This document shows, one piece after another, positions 52,663 to 64,000 of a DNA stretch of 64,000 nt. Origin of the DNA: Phoronis australis (Eukaryota; Animalia; Phoronida); contig NMRA01000001.1 of the NCBI GenBank assembly GCA_002633005.1, positions 252,625 through 316,624 of the forward strand, given 5' to 3'. The position numbers were made by a program, and so were the translations under genes. Below the pieces are notes generated by a model. That model was not told the DNA's origin. It worked only from the letters and a program-made list of their open reading frames with translations, and did not search any database. How positions within the stretch are numbered: the first letter of the stretch is position 1; each line of letters starts with the position of its first letter.

Positions 52663-55600
52663 GCTTGAATTTTCTCATTGATTTTTCAGCTAGCCTTAAG
52701 TCTTTACAACACAGGTTTCATCGCCAGCTGATTACCGTCATTTTGCACGTACTCGCGAATATCACAGTTTTTCGATAGCGTGTATACTCCTCGAATAAAA
52801 TAGTTTGGCATTACTGGCCGATCAACTTCTAATTTGGTCACAGTTTGTTGTTTTTTGTTGTTATGTAGTTCACGTTGTGTACTGTAAGAATAAATCATGT
52901 GGTATTGTTGATTATGATGGGCATTGACTATGTAAATCCTCCAGACATATCAATACTTGGTGTCATTTCTCTTCAATCCATAACCACAGTTGTAATTACT
53001 ATCTTTAGTTATTCACTCATTCATTGATTTTTAAAAATCGAAAACCACACTGTGTTGCTTTTTATAGCTGAATATTGCCATAACGTTTACTTTTAACAAA
53101 AAGTATTGGTTTATGTATTTTGCCAGTATGTACAGGCAAAGATGTTTACTAAAAGTTTATGGTCACTTAATTGGGTCTCGCTCGCACTTGACAATGCAGT
53201 CATTACAACTGACTGTGTCTCTCAGAGCACAGGTCACAGAACCAGCTGTGAAAATTCCTACATATCTTTAGAAATGCACGTTTTCCTTCAGTTAAGCGAA
53301 TTATTCACGGCATGCGTGGCCTGTCCATTTCATTGAGATAGCTAGATGAATTGCCTAATTCATGAGGGTAGGCGTACTTTGATGTTGTGAGGGAGACTTG
53401 CAGTTCTTCAAATCCGAACAAAACTAATGGCCAAAATTTTCATTTTATCAATTTTCCAATGCTGGCTGTCGTGGTTAAGAAAATGCTATAAATTTCGTGG
53501 CGTGTTTGTTGATGACTGCTGTACGTCAAAGTTTCCAAATAATGGAAGTATCATTTTAGCACCACANNNNNNNNNNNNNNNNNNNNNNNNNNNNNNNNNN
53601 NNNNNNNNNNNNNNNNNNNNNNNNNNNNNNNNNNNNNNNNNNNNNNNNNNNNNNNNNNNNNNNNNNNNNNNNNNNNNNNNNNNNNNNNNNNNNNNNNNNN
53701 NNNNNNNNNNNNNNNNNNNNNNNNNNNNNNNNNNNNNNNNNNNNNNNNNNNNNNNNNNNNNNNNNNNNNNNNNNNNNNNNNNNNNNNNNNNNNNNNNNNN
53801 NNNNNNNNNNNNNNNNNNNNNNNNNNNNNNNNNNNNNNNNNNNNNNNNNNNNNNNNNNNNNNNNNNNNNNNNNNNNNNNNNNNNNNNNNNNNNNNNNNNN
53901 NNNNNNNNNNNNNNNNNNNNNNNNNNNNNNNNNNNNNNNNNNNNNNNNNNNNNNNNNNNNNNNNNNNNNNNNNNNNNNNNNNNNNNNNNNNNNNNNNNNN
54001 NNNNNNNNNNNNNNNNNNNNNNNNNNNNNNNNNNNNNNNNNNNNNNNNNNNNNNNNNNNNNNNNNNNNNNNNNNNNNNNNNNNNNNNNNNNNNNNNNNNN
54101 NNNNNNNNNNNNNNNNNNNNNNNNNNNNNNNNNNNNNNNNNNNNNNNNNNNNNNNNNNNNNNNNNNNNNNNNNNNNNNNNNNNNNNNNNNNNNNNNNNNN
54201 NNNNNNNNNNNNNNNNNNNNNNNNNNNNNNNNNNNNNNNNNNNNNNNNNNNNNNNNNNNNNNNNNNNNNNNNNNNNNNNNNNNNNNNNNNNNNNNNNNNN
54301 NNNNNNNNNNNNNNNNNNNNNNNNNNNNNNNNNNNNNNNNNNNNNNNNNNNNNNNNNNNNNNNNNNNNNNNNNNNNNNNNNNNNNNNNNNNNNNNNNNNN
54401 NNNNNNNNNNNNNNNNNNNNNNNNNNNNNNNNNNNNNNNNNNNNNNNNNNNNNNNNNNNNNNNNNNNNNNNNNNNNNNNNNNNNNNNNNNNNNNNNNNNN
54501 NNNNNNNNNNNNNNNNNNNNNNNNNNNNNNNNNNNNNNNNNNNNNNNNNNNNNNNNNNNNNNACCGAGCAAGACTGAGCAAGAATAGATCATCATGATAC
54601 ATATGATACAATAATACGAGAGTAAGGTCATCATGAGACATATTATACAATAAGACATACTACCAATGATTCATTAAAAGATGACTACATTTCCACGACT
54701 ATACTGTGACGTCCAGACGTTGCATAAGTCCCTTGAATTAATAAATTGACTGCACTAACAGGCTCTGTGTACAAAAAAGCAGCCACCAATTACGTAACTA
54801 TTTCTTGTCTGAAAATGCAACATAGTAATGTGCAATTAAATCAATTCATTAAACATTCCTCCAATAGTGTGTGCTGGAACCAAATGTTCCTTTGTTGTTG
54901 ATTTAGCTGTCCATATTCCAAGAGCGAGGGAACGTTCAATGTCTGTTCCATCTGTACTACCATCAGGATGTAAGAATTTGTTGATTTTTGGACTGGTTTT
55001 GCATGTTGTTAAAAGCTGGTGTCTAACAAGCACCATCTTTTGTCACAAGAGACCAATTTTTGATTCGGACCACTCACTGTAATGAAACTTGTGTATCAAA
55101 GGTGGCAAATTAAGATGCACAGGTATTTGGACAATAGGATTGAGAAAATGACCCATTCATTAGTAGCTTCCGGGAAAAAATCCCTTTTTCTCAAGTTTCG
55201 TTCTCAAACGTGATGGATCACCCTTTTGTTTGGGTTATTGCAGCAGATGTAATTCTGTTTGCCTCGCTTTTCCTTTGTAAGGATTTTTGATGAATTACGT
55301 ACTTGTGAAAGTGCGACATGGTACAAAGGAGTCTATGCCATGTTGTCAAAAATATTTTCTGGCACATTGTTAAAAATATAGAGAGTGTTATAATTAAACT
55401 CCTAAATTTTGTAGTTGGGGAACGGGAGGGTTGTTGATGATGAGTAATTCTGAACACCCAAAACAAACCGTTTAATTAGAAGAGCCACCTTATCTTAAAA
55501 ATGCTGGCTCACTTGAAAACGTCACACACACCTGAACAGTGCTTCATGTAGACCTCATCTGTGGAAACTCTCCTCCCCCCAGTCTATTCAAGCAATGAGG

Positions 55601-57316
55601 AAAGTTCAGTTACTGTGGTCTTAGTCAAATTTTGGCAGGTTTGCATGGTGGTGGTTTGCCAACTTTAAACTTATCCGAGCTTTATGTGGTTACATGGGGA
55701 GTAACAGCTTGTTTTTGTGCATGTAATGCTGTTAATGTTAACTTTTGTGTGATTGGTTGTTTACTTAACTTGGCTTCACTGTCATTGGTGGTTCTTGTAC
55801 ACTTTTGATGCTTACAGTAAGGTTATTTAGGACTTCATCAACTTGTGGGCGTAATTTACCAAATATCTCCAAAACTATAGAATTTATCTGACGTGAAAGC
55901 ATATTTTTTGGAAGTATAAACTTAAGACTGTACAATTATATTTTTGAATTTATACCAGTCTGCTATTGATTTGGATCACCATGTCTTTAGTAAAATTTAA
56001 CTATAAATAAGGGTACAACTGTACCTAAACCGACGCTATCAATAACGTGGCAAAATTTTGTTCAGTGCTATCTCAGTTTTCTAAATTATTTCATTTTCAT
56101 TTCATCCAACTTTCAAATTTCTATTTTTGTTACCGCCCCGTGCAAAAGTGGACACAAAGCAATACCTAACAGCGTAAGGCAATATTGGTATGTGTAAGTT
56201 TCATATGAATTTGATTGGCCATTTCTTTGATGTTCCAAATTTGACAAATTTGGCCATTTTTCCAGGGTCCTACATAATCTTAAATATAAAGTAGCTTTTA
56301 AGGTATGCTGGTTGCTTGTTCACATTTTATTGGGGATTTTCAAGCCATAGCCAACATCTGCCGTGAGAGATTTATATAATTGTAATTGCCAGCTATAATA
56401 AGACAACGTCCTGTCTTGGTGATAAATTCTGAGAAACCATCTGTCTGTGTGTCAATTTGGTGTTGGCCATCCAGGGGCTTGTTTTGGGGAAGATGGCATG
56501 GGACTTAAGCCCAAAATTTGGTCTTGCACTCCATATTTCTCATTATGATAACTCATTTCTGAAAAATAAATAAATAAATAAATATAAAACAAAAGAACAA
56601 GGACTCTGAGAGTATTCCGCACAAGTTAAGTATCGTAAAGCGGGCGCATAAGACCAAAATTTTGTCTTTCGATGACTTAAAAGTCATTTTTCATGAAATA
56701 GCCATTCTCAGTTTCAGAATTCAATGTATTCTGCTCTCCAGTAGTAGACAGTTACACTATTTTTACGTCTGTTTTCTGCGTTTACCTCCCTTGTTCGTCA
56801 TGAAAATTTACAGCATGTTTTTCCATTGAACTTATCACCATTGAAAACACTGGGGGCGACAATAGTATTTTTCTAAGCTATAACTATAAGGAAGTAGTCC
56901 ACAGCTAGTTAATTGTGCTTCATAATTAGCTGTTGCTTTATGCAGCATTATGGCCCTGTTGCCAAGTGTCACTTGGAAACTGTTGCCAAGTGTCACTTGG
57001 AAACTGGAAGAGGATGAAAACCCTGGTGTCATGAGCAGACAATTCAAGACAGTACCAGATGTTCTGTCATCAAAACCAACTTCTGATTTAGGCTACTTCA
57101 TATGCCATGTGACTGTCAAATTGGTCTCAAATTGTTGCACGTCCAAACTTACAAAAGCGTGATTTCTATGTATGGGTCAATTTTACTTCAGTTTGTGGGC
57201 TTAAAACCAAAACTTTAATAATTGTTTCTTTCACAGACTCTAAGGTTTTTTTGCTGACTGAGGTCAGTTTTGAAGCAAGTAGGTGGTTATTAATACCAAT
57301 TTTGTTGTTTTTAAAG

Positions 57317-57439
57317 TGCCAACAGCCAGGGCTGTACCACCAAATCCTCCAGCAGGACAGCGTTCTGTGATGAACGCTTTATTAGACAGGGTCAGCAAGT
57401 TGTCATCGCAGGATGATGAGGAGATTTATGAAGACACAG
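57317..57439 (+). CDS. STAP: Second copy (probably allelic) of STAP-like exon 11
   Basis: Same splice sites; one amino-acid difference (I->M) and three synonymous changes. Confidence 0.55.
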
Positions 57440-59504
57440 GTAAGTATATTCATGTGGAGAATTTTTCGCTTATGACTGGTCACGGCTGAGATTCCCTTAG
57501 CCCCAGACAACTTTTATTTGTAGACCTATTCACTAATACTTTCTCAACTAATGCGGTGTTTAATAAACCGTCCTAAACTGGTTTTCACTAGCATTGAGTT
57601 TACACAGAGCTACAGCCTGAAAATTTGAAAGTACGGTTTTGATTTGGTACATTTTATATATTGCTTAATAACTAAACATGGCAACTTTGGTTCACCAAGT
57701 TCTCAAATAATCGTTGGATTTACAGTTTTCGTTATAATTTTATTTTTAATACTCCAGTATACTTTGTATTTTTTCTTGCCAGGTTGCTATCTTTTGATTA
57801 AGTTTTAAGCTTGAAATGCCAAAACACTGGCAGCCAGCTTTGATCGTCAGAGAAATTTTTAAGTCAGTCAGCTCTGCCCACCGACCCACCTGAGCTATTG
57901 CCCACCGACCCACCTGAGCTATTGCCCACCGACCCACCTGAGCTATTGCCTACCAAATCTCCTGAGCTATTGCTTGAATTTTCTCATTGATTTTTCAGCT
58001 AGCCTTAAGTCTTTACAACACAGGTTTCATCGCCAGCTGATTACCGTCATTTTGCACGTACTCGCGAATACCACAGTTTTTCGATAGCGTGTATACTCCT
58101 CGAATAAAATAGTTTGGCATTACTGGCCGATCAACTTCTAATTTGGTCACAGTTTGTTGTTTTTTGTTGTTATGTAGTTCGCGTTGTGTACTGTAAGAAT
58201 AAATCATGTGATATTGTTAATTAGGATGGGCATTAAATATCATGTAAATCCTCCAGACATATCAATACTTCATTTCTCTTCAATCCATAACCACTTGTGA
58301 TTACTATCTTTAGTTAGTCACTCATTCATTGATTTTTAAAAATCGAAAACCACACTGTGTTGCTTTTTATAGCTGAATATTGCCATAACGTTTACTTTTA
58401 ACAAAAAGTATTGGTTTATGTATTTTGCCAGTATGTACAGGCAAAGATGTTTACTAAAAGTTCATGGTCACTTAATTGGGTCTCGCTCGCACTTGTCAAT
58501 GCAGTCATTACAACTGACTGTGTGACTCAGACGCCGCGCACTCTTTGATCCTCAGGTTAAAGTCGCTCAGAGCACAGGTCACAGAACCAGCTGTGAAAAT
58601 TCCTAGAAATGCACGTTTTCCTTCAGTTAAGTTAATTATTCACGGCATTTGTGGCCTGTCCATTTCATTGAGATAGCTAGATGAATTGCCTAATTCATGA
58701 GGGTAGGCGTACTTTGATGTTGTGAGTGAGACTTGCAGTTCTTCAAATCCGAACAAAACTAATGGCCAAAATTTTCATTTTATCAATTTTCCAATGCTCG
58801 CTGTCGTGGTTAAGAAAATGCTATAAATTTCGTGGCGTGTTTGTTGATGACTGCTGTACGTCAAAATTTCCAAATAATGGAAGTATCATTTTAGCACCAC
58901 ACGTTCAACTATTGGGCTTTGGGTAGTTGCATGGTAGGGGCAGTTATATAACAAAAAGATAGCTGGCTCCGGGTCATTAAGTTATATAGTCTTCTATGGG
59001 ATGTCGCCTTTAAGGCTGAACCAATCGTTCTATGTGTAACAAGTAACCCAGAAGCGAGGTCATCTTTATGAATATTCACAACTATATCACTCATTTAGTT
59101 TCAGCTCTCAGTACACTGTCGCTTTTGTACTCTTTTGACTGACGTGACTACTTGATGGCCAATTGTCTTCCGCAGCTTAAAGAATTATTTGAGCTTAGCC
59201 TTGAGTCATTGGTAGAACATGGTAATTAACTCTCCTAGTTTTCCTCACAAAACAGGAACTTAGGTCAGAATTCTTGACTTGAAAGATTGATGGTGCTTGC
59301 GTCTCTTGTACAAATTTATTGATGATTGAGGTACAATTAAGGTGATGCAAAACCAGGACTAGTTTCTATTTGTTAGAGGCAACTGCCATGCTCTTTAAGA
59401 GTTTTGATGCCTTTCTATGGCAGACGACACTAGGTGTCGCTAGAGTGAGTGCATGATTTCTTGTAGTCTGTCAAATAGATTCACTCTTGTTGTCTTCTTT
59501 GCAG

Positions 59505-59630
59505 AAAACGGTGAGGACTTTTATGACGAAGGAGTTTCAGGTGCGACCTCTGGTGGAGGCTTGTCTGAGCTGCAGAGGACACTTAGGGCGAGACGTAATG
59601 TTATTCATGATGTGGAAGATTACGAATCAC
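59505..59630 (+). CDS. STAP: STAP-like exon 12 (ENGEDFYDEGVSGATSGGGLSELQRTLRARRNVIHDVEDYES)
   Basis: ttctttgcag|AA ... TCA C|gtgagt; 126 nt; phase 1/1. Confidence 0.8.
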
Positions 59631-61283
59631 GTGAGTAACAGGACTCTATCTCATTGGTTAGAAATATTGGCTCGAGGGCAAATTGTTATGATTTTTTTTC
59701 TAGAAAGCACCATCGATTTTGGTCCCTATTCCATATTGTTTTATTTGTTGTTGGTAAAAATTCATAAACAAAAACTGTTTGAAAGAAAACCTACTTTCAA
59801 ACTGCAAACAAGGTACATACTTTAGATCGATATTTGGAAGGGCCATTGATTCGAGGACCAATAGTTTGACTGTATCTCCTTATACCCGTTAAAGGATCTT
59901 TGTGAGATTTGATGGATGTGCTCATATGGAGATGGCAGCCGATGACAATGAGTTTCAGACTAATCGGATTACAGCTGTGCCCTTTGGTGTAAATTTTTTC
60001 TCCTATATCTTAGGAGTTTTTTGGCTTATTTTCATAAGATTTCGCAGATATTTTTGTGTTAAAGATTGACAACGCTACCGTCTTAATTCAGACGAGTTTG
60101 ATGCCTTCTGCACCATCTATTGGCCATTTTTATGGGACCAAAAACACCCACAGAAGCACACCGTTTGCTGTGCTGTCGTGGGCGCATGTAATGATCCTCG
60201 ACATTGCTTTTGGTTAGTTTATCAGTTAATTTTCATCCGTGCAGAAGGCCAATATGCTGAAGGGTCATTATACTGAAAGGCAATTGGTTTGAAAGGCTTG
60301 TCCGAATATGGAAAAAGTATACCAAAAGTGGTAAAAATGTCAAATGAAATTAAATGCATAACAATTTGTAATACTTTTACTGTGCTGTAGGAAAATATGC
60401 ATTCGGTCTGAGTAAATGGCGATTGTTTCTTAAATGGGGTTACTGAGATTTTATTGGAAATGTCGAACTAGCAGTTAAGCTAATTCCTTATCTCTGTGAT
60501 TGTTTAGCCAAGTAGTTAGAAACACAGCGTATAGCGACGATGTGAATATGAAGTAGGTTGAAATTGCCAAATATTTTGAGAATGTTTTTTTTGGCGACAA
60601 CGATTTACCGCAAACCACTGAACTGTCTCCAGTTAGTACATTGTATCTTGATGTGGTGGAGAATAACACTGCCTGATGTGAGTTTGTGAGCCCGTAAGCT
60701 ACGTCACTAGTGCGAAGGTCGCCTAGTTTCAGAATTTTTTGGTTTCACAATTACAAGTTGTCAATGAAAGCAACTTACTGCACTTTGTTTAGCATAGGTG
60801 ATGTTCAAATAGCATGGTTGTTGAGTTCCTGTTATACATTAGCTTAGTTAGGAGCATGCAAACACATCAGATTTCTTTAAACACCCATTGGTTACCTGAG
60901 ACGGGAAGTAGCAAGCTTCAACCTGCCACCAAAGTGTCGAGAAATTCACAAATTAGAATGATGACGTCAATAAGTGCAGAGCCTTAGAGTCATCATTTTT
61001 CAGAGTGTCATCCTTTGGACCACTTGCCAGAATTTCATTTCGGATTGTCCGCCCTTCAGACCATAATGGCCCTTTGCACTGTCAAGTGAACCTCCACGAA
61101 TGTCTGGCCGGGTGTACTGTATCATTTGTAAAACATGTCAATCTTGAATTATAGTCAATGTGAGGGCTTGTTATCTAAAGTCACAGGGGTCTTTAAAGCC
61201 TCATTCTGATTTTTCAGTGTTGAGAGCTTGTTCGTAGTCGTTGTTTTTGAAACATGTACTATTGTCCGTGACTTCTGTTTTAG

Positions 61284-61412
61284 CCGACAGCTTTCCCCAG
61301 CCTCTTTCGACAAGGGGGCGTTTCAGTAGCGAAGGAGCGGTACCTGTTGGTGTTATTCCTAGCCAAGGCCGTCGGTTTTCTGGTGCTGCCATCAATTCAC
61401 AACAAAACCTTG
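61284..61412 (+). CDS. STAP: STAP-like exon 13 (PDSFPQPLSTRGRFSSEGAVPVG...SQQNL); the gene probably continues beyond the window
   Basis: ttctgttttag|CC ... CTT G|gtaata; 129 nt; phase 1/1. Alternatively it reads through to the stop at 61432. Confidence 0.65.
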
Positions 61413-61937
61413 GTAATAAGTTGCTATTATAACCATCTTCAGTTCTGGATGTAACTGTGATACCTAGGCAGATCCAGGGGGTCAAGGGGTCCGGACCCCT
61501 CTTATTTTTATTTTAATGATGTCCGGACCCCTCTTATTTTTATTTTAATGATGTCAGACTTAGAATTTTCAGATTGTTGACTTTGACCTCCTTTGATCTG
61601 CCCCCCCCCCCATCCTTTAAAAAAAATCCTGGTTCCACCTCTGTCGTAGTAATAAATGTAATAATAATAACAATCATCACTTTACCACTACTACAGAAGC
61701 TCAAAAGCAGGCCAATGTCAGTGAGTTCTAAAAGCTACGCTATTAGTCAGTCAACATTGTGGAATATGTACAGCATTTCATTGCCTTGCAGAAAGTGAAC
61801 TCTGTGAACTGTCTTCGTAGTTTTGACAGTTCATTCAGCATCTCACCACGCTTTTCACTAATGTATTTATTTTAGGTAAAATAAAATTAAGTAATGTTGG
61901 TGTTTATTTATTATACTAACAACAGTACAATAGTGTT

Positions 61938-63770
61938 TATTACTTGGCGCAATAAATTTCGCCAAGTATGTTGGTCTGACAGCAAGTTTTTTTTTTGTTT
62001 GTTCGCAGTCTACAGGTCGCAATTTTCGTCCGATTTTCACGAAATTTGCACACAACGTGTAGATCAGAAAGTCCTAGAAGCCTATTGTTTTTGGTCATGA
62101 TCTGATACAAAATGGCAGACGTGGTGGCCATTTTGTATCCGATTTCACAGTCAAATAATCATAGAGGCCGCATTTTTCGACGTACATGGTTGAAAATCGG
62201 TACGAATTCACTAGAACGCATGTGCTACAACTTTGCAGAAAATCGTTGACTTCCGGTTAAAGATGACGGAAATATTGGACATGGCGCATGCGCACCCCGA
62301 AATATGGCTAAAAACGTTTTCTCCTGTAGGGGGCGCATTTGCAAACCAATCACTTTCAAACTGGTCACGTGTTTGTTGAGTTTAATAAACTTTTATAAAA
62401 AATTATTGAACCTGAAGTCACTTTCAAGATGGCGGCTGTGGGGCATGTTCACACGGTTTCAATCGCTCTGGTGTCGCATTTTTAACGGGAAGAGTAAATG
62501 ACGTGAATTTTTGCATGTGGATTCCTTGAAGTATGGCCTTTCAAAAAGTCTGCGAGAGCGTATTTCTCAGACTTACCGTTTTCGAGTTATTTGAATTTGA
62601 ATTTCAAAAAACGGCAAATTTTCAATTTTCTCAAAAAAATTTTTGGATTTTTTTCAAACTACCACTTTAGATAGAGTTTTGAACAGGCTTTCAGAAGATA
62701 TTTTCCATTTTGCGCTACAACGTCTGCTTTTTGACTTATTCGAGATTTTCGGATACCGTTGTTCCTTCATTTTGTTTGTTCGCACGATACAGGTCACAAT
62801 TTTCATCCGATCATCATGAAATTTACGCATAACACGTAGTTCTGGAAGTACTGGAAGCATAATGTTTTTTGTCAAAATCAGATCCAAGATGGCGGTTGTG
62901 GCGGCCATTTTGTTTTCATTTTAAGATTCAAAGGCTTCTAGAGGCTACAATTGTTTAAGTACACAGCTGAAAATCAGCACAATTAATGAACTGGATGTGC
63001 TCTATATCTATACCAGAAATTGTCCACTTCCGTTCAAAGATGGCGGAAATATTGGCACTCGTGCATGCGCACCTCAATTTCGGGAAAAAACATTTTCTCC
63101 TGTAGAGGGTGCATTGTAGGGCCAATTCCTTTGAATTTTTTCGGATATTAGTTTTTTATGACATGCTATTATAAAAAACGGAAGTTACTTTCAAGATGGC
63201 GGATCTGGCGCATGTTGACCCATTTTCAGTCGTGCTAGAGTGTAATTTTAAACGGGAAGAGAGAATGACGTGAATTTTTGCATGTGGATTCTTTGAAGTA
63301 TACCCTTTCAAATGACCTGTAACAATTTTTTCTTACACTTACCGTTTTCGAGTTATTTGACTTTGAATTTCTTTAAAAAATGCAAATTTTTTCAAAAAAT
63401 TTACGGAATTGTGTGATACTAAAAATTTAGGTAGAGTTTTGAATGGGCTTTTTTTCAGAAGATGTTTTCCATTTTTCACTAGGACGTCTACTTTTTGAGT
63501 TATTTGAGATTTTCTGATAGTGCTGTTCCTTTGTTGAGTGCTGTTGCTGCATTGATGTTGGTTTATCTTCTATTGAACAAGACTGTAGCCTATTTCTTAT
63601 TGATTTATGACATCTAAGTTCGTCATATAAATGTTATGATGTTGTTCATCATCGCCACCTTCATCATCACAATCATCATGGCCATTAATTTTGCCTATTG
63701 TCGCTCAAGACTGTAGGTAGCACTGAACAGTCAGGACGCGGCCACGGAGCATTTACTAGTCCCTAGTATT
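61938..63770. mobile_element. Helentron/HINE-like non-autonomous element with two diverged ~780-bp internal units
   Basis: T-rich start with the short inverted repeat tacttggcg...cgccaagta (61941-61968); units start at ~61995 and ~62773; (CAT)n-like microsatellite at ~63645-63680. Confidence 0.55.
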
Positions 63771-64000
63771 TATGTTGAGGGCGTGTGTCAGGTTTGGCGG
63801 GTGGTTTGAGGAAATTGATGACAAGTGCCAGGAAACTTATTTCCTTGTGTTTTTGAATGAAAAAAGCCTAGTTTTACCTACTTTTGATGCAAACTGCGAG
63901 TCAAGTGATGTCACTGAATATGATTAAGTAGCTGTCTCAGAATGATGTCATCGAACACTGTTTGTCAGCTGGCTGGAAATGACGTCTTCGGACACGGTAA

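Larger units (their letters stand above)
49263..58901. repeat. ~4.3-kb direct duplication (49263-53566 vs 54563-58901) on either side of a ~1-kb N gap
   Basis: The copies are colinear, with many SNPs and small indels, and both abut the gap at 53567-54562. Confidence 0.9.

Overview
AT-rich, intron-containing eukaryotic (animal, probably marine-invertebrate) genomic DNA from a heterozygous draft assembly: several N-separated near-identical duplications look like uncollapsed haplotypes. By hand-splicing I reconstruct three apparently intact genes. (1) A 3-exon, 219-aa orphan gene on + (12542-15350). (2) A single-ORF, 402-aa gene on - (23646-24854) with an unusual architecture: signal peptide, PEBP/RKIP domain, Sushi/CCP domain, Ser/Thr mucin stalk and a GPI-anchor-like tail. 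(3) A large + strand PH-SH2 adaptor of the STAP1/STAP2 type (28734 to >61412, at least 13 coding exons) with a long acidic, multi-tyrosine tail. Genes 2 and 3 are divergently oriented, with kappaB, CRE, CCAAT and ISRE-like motifs between them. There is also a decayed spliced gene (4297-6352) that resembles a helical cytokine, two Kolobok-like relics carrying convergent THAP and KolX-like gene starts, tiny hairpin MITEs with 10-bp TSDs, a tRNA-derived SINE, a Helentron-like element and several minisatellites. All family assignments come from motif recognition by eye; no database search was run.
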